The notes beneath the pieces are model-generated. The model did not search any database, had not been told where the DNA came from, and saw only the letters and a program-made list of their open reading frames with translations. Below, piece by piece: positions 54,435 through 62,367 of a stretch of DNA of 64,000 bases; the stretch's first letter is position 1; the number at the start of each line of letters is the position of its first letter. Position numbers and translations under genes: made by a program. Location of the stretch: the IMG/VR virus record IMGVR_UViG_3300042545_001134, positions 124,001-188,000 of that record; one strand, given 5' to 3'.

Positions 54435-55109
54435 TTACTTCTTCTTACGGATAATTTCATCAATGATTCCGTACTCAAGAGCGTCATCGGCAGATAACCA
54501 CAAGTCTCTCGATGCATCATTTTTAACCTGTTCTGCCGGTTTATTACAGTAAGAACCCAATAATTCAAAGAGAACATTGTTGAGTTTGTCCCACTCAATC
54601 ATGTCAATTCTCGCATCTTGGATGTTTCCTCTAAAACCACCTGAAGATTGGTGTAACATTGTGCGTGAGAAACGAAGTGAACTTCTCTTTCCAACTGTGC
54701 CCGCTCCGAGTAGAATGGAACCCATTGATGCCGCCATACCGGTGTTAATTGTACGGATGTCTGAATTGATGTAATCCATTACGTCAACCATTGACAAACC
54801 AGATTTAACTGAACCGCCGGGACTATCAATATGCATTGTTATATCATTATTATCTATACTATCCAAGAACATCAACTGTGCTTGGACAATTGTTGACATG
54901 TGGTCGTTTACCTCACCGGCAACCCATATGATACGTTCCATCATTAAACGAGAGAACACATCCATTACGGTGATGTTCATTTGTCTTTCCTCAAGGATAT
55001 AAGGTGTTAGACTTGATTCAATTTGTTTATTGAAATTGTGTAGACTTAGACTACTGATACCTTTGTCTTTGGCATATAATCCAAAGTCTTTATAATCGTT
55101 TGTGTTCAT
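54435..55109 (-). CDS. clpP: ATP-dependent Clp protease proteolytic subunit
   Basis: TPYILEERQMNITVMDVFSRLMMERII, IDSPGGSV, GMAASMG (catalytic Ser), MLHQ (His), RDLWLSADDALEYGIID. Start revised from 55169 to ATG 55109. Confidence 0.95.
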   Translation of the reverse strand: MNTNDYKDFGLYAKDKGISSLSLHNFNKQIESSLTPYILEERQMNITVMDVFSRLMMERIIWVAGEVNDHMSTIVQAQLMFLDSIDNNDITMHIDSPGGSVKSGLSMVDVMDYINSDIRTINTGMAASMGSILLGAGTVGKRSSLRFSRTMLHQSSGGFRGNIQDARIDMIEWDKLNNVLFELLGSYCNKPAEQVKNDASRDLWLSADDALEYGIIDEIIRKKK

Positions 55110-55146
55110 AATTTGTTTTTTATAAAAATAAGAAAAATTTTTGGTT

Positions 55147-57489
55147 TTAGGAAATTTTGGGGGTAACATAATCCACAGAACTTATGTTATCCTCTTTTTT
55201 AACCATAATCAAGTTATCGGACCAATTACGTATTAATGTATTGTGTGAGATAACAAATATATGGTCAAAGTAAGTTTTAATCTTTTTGAAGAACTCACCA
55301 ACCATCTCCAAGTTCTCATCTGCAATCTTACCGAACACCTCATCCATCACAACGATGTTTGGTTTTGGTAATGATGATATCTTAGTTAATACACTTCTAA
55401 GTGCTAACGATGAAATGGTACGTTCATAACCTGAACCAGAATTAAGTGGTTTTACAACTCTTGTTTCTGTGTCAATCATTACGAATTCAACCTCATTCTT
55501 TTCATTAATATTCAATTCCAATATGAAGTGACAACTATCAACCAACAAACGATACAACTCCTGATTGATTAATGGAATCATGTTTTTAAGAACAACCTTA
55601 GAGATTCCATTTTTACCAAACACAGTTAAATACACTTTGAAGATTGCCTGAGTTTCATTCTCTACTTTGATTTTTGCGATTAATTCTTCTGAAGTCTTAA
55701 TCTTATCATTTAGTACGGAGATGTTACTGTTACATCTTTCAATTAGTGAATTGTAGTTACGAATGTTGGCGTTTGCGGTTTCAATCTGTGTTCTCAAACC
55801 AACCAAATCCGTATCAATCTTTTTATTCTCCTCTAACTTTTGTTTGTTACGGTCAAAGTTGTCTAACTTGGTTTGTAACTTATCAATTTCATTTTGTTTT
55901 TGTTCCGACTCGAGTTCATAACGAGCCTTCTTTAACTTATTCTTCTCGTACTCATCAAACTCTTTCTTCAAGTTAACGAATACCGTTTGAAGTTCATTCT
56001 GTTCGTTCAAGTTCTTTGTGAAACCATCTTTTAAATCGTACAGTTTTTTGATGTCCTCTTTAATTTTATTAATCTCATCAGTGTGGTCAACGTCCGCAAG
56101 TGCTCGTTTACATGTTGGACAAATTGAACCCTCGGTCAATTGTTTAACCAAATTTTCTAAACGGGTAATCTCACCTGTATTCGCTCTACCTTCAACAATA
56201 ATGTTGTTGATTATATCATTTTGTTTTTGATGGGCATCCTCATCATAATATTGAGATGGTTCTTTTACATCGACAGATTTTGCGTTGTTTACCGCAGAAG
56301 TTTTTGAAACATTGAACGCATTGATATCCGATTTGATTTGGTCGGGGTTTGTCCTGATTAACTCTTGGTCGATGTCGTTGTTTCTTCTCTTTAACGCATC
56401 TTCTTTTTTCGTTTCAAGTTCCAATAAGTTAGTTTGTGTTGTTTCTAACTCTCCCTGATATTTTAGAATATTGTTTTGATTGGTTTCAATCTCTTCTTTG
56501 TATTGGGTGATGTCTGTTTCTAACTGAATTGTATTATAATTGTTGGATGTTAGTTTTTTAGACCACTCAGTTTGAATACTCTTACAAATCTCCTCCTTTT
56601 GTTTAAGGGTTTCCAATCCTAAGAATTTAGTAAGGATTTGTCCACGTGCGGTTGGTTTAGATTCAATTAACTCCTCCAAGTTATATCCTGTTGTTAAGAT
56701 AGTCGATAAGAAGTCCTCTTCTGAACCAATTGCGGACGTAATAAACGCCTCAGTTTCTCTACGTTGTTCACCATTTAAGTTCTCAATGGTACCGTCAAGA
56801 TTTTGTCTGTAGAACTCAAGTTTATTGGTAACGGTATAATCACCACTTCTACCTTTTTTACGATTAGTGATTCGTTCAATAACGTAATCGTCACCATCTA
56901 TCGACACAAACCCTTTTACATATACATCATCGATGTCTGTAAAACGATTAAAGATTTCAATATTGGTTTTGGTCTTAGTTGTCTTATTGAAGAATAAGAA
57001 CATTAATAGGTCAACTGTTGCAGTTGATTTACCCCCAAAGTTTTTAGGTGTTGACTCAACAACAGTGATTCCAGGTAAATCTGTAAAATCAATAATATTA
57101 TCGTTACCATAAGAAAGAAAGTTTGAAAATTCTACTTTCTTAATGAACCACTTATTATATTTTACTTTACTACCGTTAATATGTAATAACTCTTCGTTGA
57201 CTTTATTATCCAACTTGTCAAGTCTTTCCCAAATAACATCAATTTTGTTTTCCTCAACAAAATCCTTCATTAAGGTTTTTTGATAATCGTTATCTGAAAT
57301 GTTTTCAGAAATATCAAGTGACTTTAATTTCGTATCCTCAACATTAGAAACGGTCTTAGTAATAATTTGAACATTCTTACTATTGTATTTATTTTGGAAA
57401 TAGGATTTAACACTTCTGATTTTTTCAGGGGTAAAATTCTCAGGTGTATCCTGCCAAGTTACTTTAATGTATGGGTTATTGTATGCCAT
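55147..57489 (-). CDS. sbcC: SbcC/Rad50/gp46-like recombination ATPase with N-terminal extension
   Basis: FSNFLSYG, Walker A NFGGKST, zinc hook CPTC, signature SGSGYER, Walker B VVMDEVFG, ISHN. Start revised from 57528 to ATG 57489. Confidence 0.9.
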   Translation of the reverse strand: MAYNNPYIKVTWQDTPENFTPEKIRSVKSYFQNKYNSKNVQIITKTVSNVEDTKLKSLDISENISDNDYQKTLMKDFVEENKIDVIWERLDKLDNKVNEELLHINGSKVKYNKWFIKKVEFSNFLSYGNDNIIDFTDLPGITVVESTPKNFGGKSTATVDLLMFLFFNKTTKTKTNIEIFNRFTDIDDVYVKGFVSIDGDDYVIERITNRKKGRSGDYTVTNKLEFYRQNLDGTIENLNGEQRRETEAFITSAIGSEEDFLSTILTTGYNLEELIESKPTARGQILTKFLGLETLKQKEEICKSIQTEWSKKLTSNNYNTIQLETDITQYKEEIETNQNNILKYQGELETTQTNLLELETKKEDALKRRNNDIDQELIRTNPDQIKSDINAFNVSKTSAVNNAKSVDVKEPSQYYDEDAHQKQNDIINNIIVEGRANTGEITRLENLVKQLTEGSICPTCKRALADVDHTDEINKIKEDIKKLYDLKDGFTKNLNEQNELQTVFVNLKKEFDEYEKNKLKKARYELESEQKQNEIDKLQTKLDNFDRNKQKLEENKKIDTDLVGLRTQIETANANIRNYNSLIERCNSNISVLNDKIKTSEELIAKIKVENETQAIFKVYLTVFGKNGISKVVLKNMIPLINQELYRLLVDSCHFILELNINEKNEVEFVMIDTETRVVKPLNSGSGYERTISSLALRSVLTKISSLPKPNIVVMDEVFGKIADENLEMVGEFFKKIKTYFDHIFVISHNTLIRNWSDNLIMVKKEDNISSVDYVTPKIS

Positions 57490-58003
57490 TTTTCTTTTTA
57501 ATTCGTTGTTTTTTCCATTTACCACCAACCAAGTCGTATGTGTCTACGTGTTCTTGTCTGAATGACATCCACTTCTCAACTTCAGTACTATTGTTTGGTT
57601 GGAACTCGGTCCACAGTATTTTGTTTCTGTTCTTAATTGTTGTTGGTTTAATTACAATCGCTTGGGTGAAGTCTTTATTGGTGCGAATAAACAGATTTTT
57701 TTTCCTATTCGGAAGTAAAACTTCATTTATTTTATCATACCAATATTTTGTTTTCCTGATTGGGATATTAATTGTACCAAAATCTAATTTACTAATCTTC
57801 ACATATTTCTCATTTAACCAAAAATCACCTTCCCATCCTCCTCCTTCCATCTCAACTCCTTTATTGTAATCTTCAGGGTTGATTAGGTCTATCGCAATTT
57901 TGTTTGGGTGGTTTTCAAATAGTAAACCAAACTGTTCTTTTGTAAATTTAATTCCAAATTCTCTAACAAGAGTGTCATCAAAATTTCTTCTTATAAATGC
58001 CAT
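57476..58003 (-). CDS. Putative PD-(D/E)xK-like endonuclease
   Basis: IAIDL...GVEME...INIPIRKTK pattern; weak. Confidence 0.4.
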   Translation of the reverse strand: MAFIRRNFDDTLVREFGIKFTKEQFGLLFENHPNKIAIDLINPEDYNKGVEMEGGGWEGDFWLNEKYVKISKLDFGTINIPIRKTKYWYDKINEVLLPNRKKNLFIRTNKDFTQAIVIKPTTIKNRNKILWTEFQPNNSTEVEKWMSFRQEHVDTYDLVGGKWKKQRIKKKNGIQ

Positions 58004-58037
58004 TAATCATAATCTAATGCATCCACTCAATGGTGGT

Positions 58038-58346
58038 TTATTTTATTCTGCTCTCCTCGAAGAACTCAACGATTCCGTTAATCGCCCAAACAATACCCGC
58101 AGTAAACATACCATCGAAAAAAATTGATGGTATCCAATGGATATCCAATGATGTAGTTAATCCACCAAGGGTTATTGACATGAAGAAACCGACCCACGTC
58201 GATGTACATAACATGCATGAAATTAAATCTCCAAAGAATTTTGAATTTCGTTTAATCCACTCTCTTGATTTTTCAAAGATGGAACCATAGACAAGTATTG
58301 TTGTCATTCCATATGCCATAAAAGACCATAAAAATAATGTTGCCAT
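58038..58346 (-). CDS. Membrane protein with CxxC (DUF1360-like)
   Basis: DLISCMLCTSTWVGF plus three hydrophobic helices. Confidence 0.65.
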   Translation of the reverse strand: MATLFLWSFMAYGMTTILVYGSIFEKSREWIKRNSKFFGDLISCMLCTSTWVGFFMSITLGGLTTSLDIHWIPSIFFDGMFTAGIVWAINGIVEFFEESRIK

Positions 58347-58392
58347 AAGTTTTTTTATTAAAATAATACGAAAAAAATTTGACTAAACCAAA

Positions 58393-59004
58393 TTATTCGT
58401 CATATAATGATGACATATTACTACCACGCATTAATGTACCCTTCTTACCAATATTGTCGAGGGAACTTTTAAGTGAATTCAATTCGTTTGTTAGTTTAAG
58501 ATTCTCTTGGGTTAATTTGTCAATTTCTTCTGTGTTGATTACTTCTTTTATAACCTCAACAATTTTTTCAACCTTAACTTCCTTAATAACCTCAACAGGT
58601 ACCTCTACCTTAACTTCTTTGATTATTTCTTTTGTAATGACTTGAGTGTCACCTTTTATTTCGATAGGTACTTCTCTAACCACTTCAACGGTTACCTCTT
58701 TAATTACTTCCCTAATGACCTCAACTGGTACCTCTTTGATTACTTCCTTAATAACTTCAACAGGAACTTTAACTATCTTCTCAACAATCTTCTCTACCTC
58801 AACCTCTTTAATAACTTCTTTGATTACCTCCTTTTCAACAACCGTGGGTTCTGATTTAAACCCGTTAGGTGTCTCACCATACTTCAACAACGAAAACCCC
58901 TTATTGAATACTTGTTTGGCAAGTTTCTCAGGGTTTTCAATGTTGTTTAAATCACAATATTGTTGAAAGTCGTTATCTAACGTTAAGGAGATTTTCTTCT
59001 TCAT
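58393..59004 (-). CDS. Protein with V/I-K-E-V(P) low-complexity repeats (alveolin-like)
   Basis: About 100 aa of VIKEVIKEVPVEV / VEKIVE repeats between a globular N-terminus and a C-terminal coiled coil. Confidence 0.75.
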   Translation of the reverse strand: MKKKISLTLDNDFQQYCDLNNIENPEKLAKQVFNKGFSLLKYGETPNGFKSEPTVVEKEVIKEVIKEVEVEKIVEKIVKVPVEVIKEVIKEVPVEVIREVIKEVTVEVVREVPIEIKGDTQVITKEIIKEVKVEVPVEVIKEVKVEKIVEVIKEVINTEEIDKLTQENLKLTNELNSLKSSLDNIGKKGTLMRGSNMSSLYDE

Positions 59005-59776
59005 TTTCTATGTCTGCAATATCTGATATTGAGAAGTGCAGGAATGGTTGTTCGTTTTTTAAATCGCGTGTTGTGTATTCGTTTGTTGGTACATCATAAA
59101 TACCATATCCGTGGTAGTTTACGGTCTCACCGAAGTTCTGTTGGATTAATGAACCAATCATTATTGCCTTACCTCCACCGGGTAAATCAAACATTTGTCT
59201 CTTATGAATATCACCACATAGAAGTAAATCTAAATCAACAAAGTTTAATGGTGAGTACGCACTTTCAAATTCAAATCCTAAGTCGGTTGACAGACCTTGA
59301 ATTGGTCCGTGAAATAAACCAACGTAGAAACCTTCTTCTTTTGTGTACTCAGGTTTTTGATTGTGTTCATATAATGAATAAACAACCCAATTGATGTTGT
59401 CATCTTCATATACTCCACTATTTTTATAGTATTTAATATCCTCGTGGTTTAATAACTCAACCACAGGTGTGATACTATCTAAACGCTGTACGTTGTTCTC
59501 CAAGAAGTCATGGTTACCCGGAATGATAATAACTTTACCAATAATATCGGCAAGTTCTTTAATTAACCAAGAGGTTAACATCATTTGTTCGTTTGAAATA
59601 TTAATCTTTTGATGTGCAATGTCTCCAGCAATTACAACTCTAATTTCAGAATAGTCATAATCCAAAACTTGTTCCTTTAAATCTTCCAATAGTAAATCAA
59701 ATTGTCTCTTGTACATCTCATGGTATTGATATGTACGAATGTGCAAATCTGCAATATGTATAATCTTTTTTATCAT
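58973..59776 (-). CDS. sbcD: SbcD/Mre11/gp47-like metallophosphoesterase nuclease
   Basis: HIADLHI, IAGDIAH, IPGNHD, FHGP, CGDIHK. Confidence 0.9.
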   Translation of the reverse strand: MIKKIIHIADLHIRTYQYHEMYKRQFDLLLEDLKEQVLDYDYSEIRVVIAGDIAHQKINISNEQMMLTSWLIKELADIIGKVIIIPGNHDFLENNVQRLDSITPVVELLNHEDIKYYKNSGVYEDDNINWVVYSLYEHNQKPEYTKEEGFYVGLFHGPIQGLSTDLGFEFESAYSPLNFVDLDLLLCGDIHKRQMFDLPGGGKAIMIGSLIQQNFGETVNYHGYGIYDVPTNEYTTRDLKNEQPFLHFSISDIADIENEEENLLNVR

Positions 59777-60636
59777 TTCTTTTTCATGTATTGTTTAACA
59801 TTCATTTGTAATATTGATTGGGTAACTTCAAATGGTACCTTAAACTCTTCAAATGTACCATCGTCTTTTAATAAAACAACAACACAACCCAATAATTTTG
59901 TTAGGTCAAATTTAGTACCCTGTAACATTTTAATTAACAACTTACCGTATAATGGTAATTGAATAAAATAATGTGTTAATGCCGTATCGTAATAATTTTC
60001 AAACGGATGTATCATCTTACCTGTGTAAGGTTGGATTTTAAAGTTCTTTGGTTGATTTGTTTTCCAATCCGTAACAACGATACCAAAACCATCTTGTGTT
60101 TTGTTCATCATCAACCACACTTTATCTGGTTGACCTGTGTAACCTAATTCAGGGTCACCAAGTACAAGTTCCGTGTCTAATAATACCGCATTTCTCTCGG
60201 TCATTAAATCTAAGAACTTATTACCAGCACCAATCATCGAATCACTCTTAATAATTTGACTGTTATCACAATTAAAGATTGGTTCTCTAACTTGTTTATA
60301 GTCTCCATACCTTGTGATGGTTTCGGTTTCTAACAAATAGTGAACACGACTACCCATATTGGTTGAGTAATCTCCCGATGCCTTCCATTGCTCCAGTAAT
60401 TCCCTTTGTTTATTTAAATCACCTTTGGCCATTTGAAGTGATTTTGTTTCAGCGTCAAATGGTACATAAAAATTCTTTATTACTTTAGAAACTGAAGGAA
60501 AGTTACTTTTAATAACACCATCGGTATCCTTCATATAATAAATGTGGTCCTCTTCAATGAATGTGAGTTCCATTTCCTGTCTTCTAATCTCAAGAGCATC
60601 TCTCATCTCCTGAGCAATCTGTTTTAAGTCTATCAT
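59773..60636 (-). CDS. PD-(D/E)xK exonuclease (phage Cas4/RecB-like)
   Basis: FPSVSKV, GSRVHYLLE, ELVLGD..GYTGQPD, VTDWKT, YFIQLPLY. Confidence 0.82.
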   Translation of the reverse strand: MIDLKQIAQEMRDALEIRRQEMELTFIEEDHIYYMKDTDGVIKSNFPSVSKVIKNFYVPFDAETKSLQMAKGDLNKQRELLEQWKASGDYSTNMGSRVHYLLETETITRYGDYKQVREPIFNCDNSQIIKSDSMIGAGNKFLDLMTERNAVLLDTELVLGDPELGYTGQPDKVWLMMNKTQDGFGIVVTDWKTNQPKNFKIQPYTGKMIHPFENYYDTALTHYFIQLPLYGKLLIKMLQGTKFDLTKLLGCVVVLLKDDGTFEEFKVPFEVTQSILQMNVKQYMKKK

Positions 60637-61580
60637 TCTAATTTAAATTCTTTGTAATCACCTAATTTACCCTGTAAGTCGGCAATATCTTGTTCTATTG
60701 GAAGTTTAATTATCCATACCTTACCCATCAACTTACCACAATTCAATTTGTGGAATAACAATTCAGCATCATTCCATGCGTCTCCATCCAACACAATAAC
60801 CACCTTAGTTGCGTTGTCATAGATTTTATTAAATAAATGTTCCGACATGAACTTACCTAACATTGGTACTGAGTTGGGTAAGAATATACTATCGAACGCG
60901 CCCTCGACAATATAAACGGGGTCTTCCCATTTGATGTTATATTCGTTCCATATAATGATTTCTTTTTGAACCTCGGGGTTCTTATATTTCATATAAGGTT
61001 TTGTCAGATACGACCTGGCAATAAAATAATTTAATTTGAAATATTCATCATATGATGGAATGATAATTCTAAATGCATATGGACCTTCATAACAAAACCC
61101 AATGTTATATCGGGTAATCATTTGGTCGGTAATGTTTCTTTTTTTAATATAATTCCACGCTTGTCTATATTGTGGAGTTAGTTTTAATCCCGCACTTGCC
61201 TTGTCAAACGAGTTATATTCTTTTGGTAATTGAACTTTATTATAAACTCTCTTATTTCCATCCTCATCTTCTTCAGGTCTTAATAGTTCATAATTTTTAA
61301 GATGTTTTGCGTTACCGTGTTTTTTTATCAACTTATAAAGTGAACCATATGTGTTATGTGTTTCTGCACAAGACCAACATTTATAAACACCTCGACGATA
61401 ATTTACTTCCAAATTTCCCTTACCATCACCATCATCTAAACCTTTGATATCATGTGAACAAACAGGACAATCAAATGACATTTGACCCTTGTAGTCGTTG
61501 TGCATGTGATGTCCCCCTAAGATGTCTTCAAGAATGTCTATAATCGGTTCGTATTCCATAATAAGGGTTGCCATACCCAT
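60633..61580 (-). CDS. dnaG: DNA primase (Zn finger + TOPRIM)
   Basis: FDCPVC...YKCWSC, IIIPSYD..LNYFIAR, YIVEGAFD, VLDGDA. True start may be ATG 61559. Confidence 0.88.
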   Translation of the reverse strand: MGMATLIMEYEPIIDILEDILGGHHMHNDYKGQMSFDCPVCSHDIKGLDDGDGKGNLEVNYRRGVYKCWSCAETHNTYGSLYKLIKKHGNAKHLKNYELLRPEEDEDGNKRVYNKVQLPKEYNSFDKASAGLKLTPQYRQAWNYIKKRNITDQMITRYNIGFCYEGPYAFRIIIPSYDEYFKLNYFIARSYLTKPYMKYKNPEVQKEIIIWNEYNIKWEDPVYIVEGAFDSIFLPNSVPMLGKFMSEHLFNKIYDNATKVVIVLDGDAWNDAELLFHKLNCGKLMGKVWIIKLPIEQDIADLQGKLGDYKEFKLE

Positions 61581-61617
61581 AATATAAATAAAAAAAATGG
61601 ATTTTCCAAATGAGCAT

Positions 61618-61652
61618 AAAAAAGGGCGGAGGTTACACCAAAACCCCCACCC
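61618..61652 (-). terminator. Rho-independent terminator
   Basis: GGGTGGGGGTT-TTGGTGT-AACCTCCGCCC, an 11-bp stem with two G-U pairs, followed by TTTTTT. Confidence 0.75.
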
Positions 61653-61690
61653 GTAACTAACACCTATATTTCTATAGGTTCAGTACTATT
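61618..61690 (-). ncRNA. Candidate small structured RNA or attenuated leader (about 70 nt)
   Basis: Promoter-like TTTTTACTTATATTCT, then ACCTATA-GAAA-TATAGGT hairpin, then a terminator; no ORF. Confidence 0.35.
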
Positions 61691-61728
61691 GTAGAATATA
61701 AGTAAAAAGATTTATAAAAAAAAATTAA

Positions 61729-62328
61729 TTATAAACTTTTTTGCATATTAACATGACCGATAACGGCAGTTGCTGCGTCACTCATATCGTAATTCTCTTT
61801 TCTGAGTTGTCCCGTTTTACCATATAACCACTCAACCTCAGGACACACCGCATTAACGTGTTCCCATATAACGTGTTTTTTATCAATGTCTTTTGGTAAA
61901 CCACCAAATAAAACTTTCCTACCTTTATCGTTCATACTTACCAAATCAGGAAATGCAAATTTCCTTGCGTTGTAAGTTGAAATAAATGTTGGGAGTACTC
62001 CAAGAACATCATAACACGACTTGAGAATCAATGTGTTATACCTTAAAAGGGTACCAACTGTGTAAATGTTATTTGATTGTAATAGTGGCTCTTCAATCAC
62101 CACCTTGGTAATACCAACATCTCTGTAGTTCTCCAATTGTTTTTTAAACGCATCGGCCTTCAATAAAAGTTCTTCAATTTTATCTTCGGGTTGAGGTTTA
62201 ATTTTTGGTGAAAAATGTGTCAGTTCTAATAATTTAGAAGAACCGATATCAAATAGCGCCCATCCGATGGTCTTAGTTGAAATGTCTAAACCCAAAATTT
62301 TGGGTGCATTCTTTAGTTTTATACTCAT
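61729..62328 (-). CDS. ruvC: RuvC-like Holliday junction resolvase
   Basis: ILGLDISTKTIGWA, VVIEEP, DMSDAATAV. Confidence 0.8.
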   Translation of the reverse strand: MSIKLKNAPKILGLDISTKTIGWALFDIGSSKLLELTHFSPKIKPQPEDKIEELLLKADAFKKQLENYRDVGITKVVIEEPLLQSNNIYTVGTLLRYNTLILKSCYDVLGVLPTFISTYNARKFAFPDLVSMNDKGRKVLFGGLPKDIDKKHVIWEHVNAVCPEVEWLYGKTGQLRKENYDMSDAATAVIGHVNMQKSL

Positions 62329-62367
62329 ATAACAATATATAAGAAATATTATGCAATTAGTAAAGTC

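Noticed and set aside
7994-61590. T4-type TATAAATA late promoters driving plus-strand transcription
   Set aside because: The plus-strand TATAAATA hits lie just upstream of minus-strand genes and have no plus-strand ORFs downstream, so the functional reading is probably the minus-strand TATTTAT(A).
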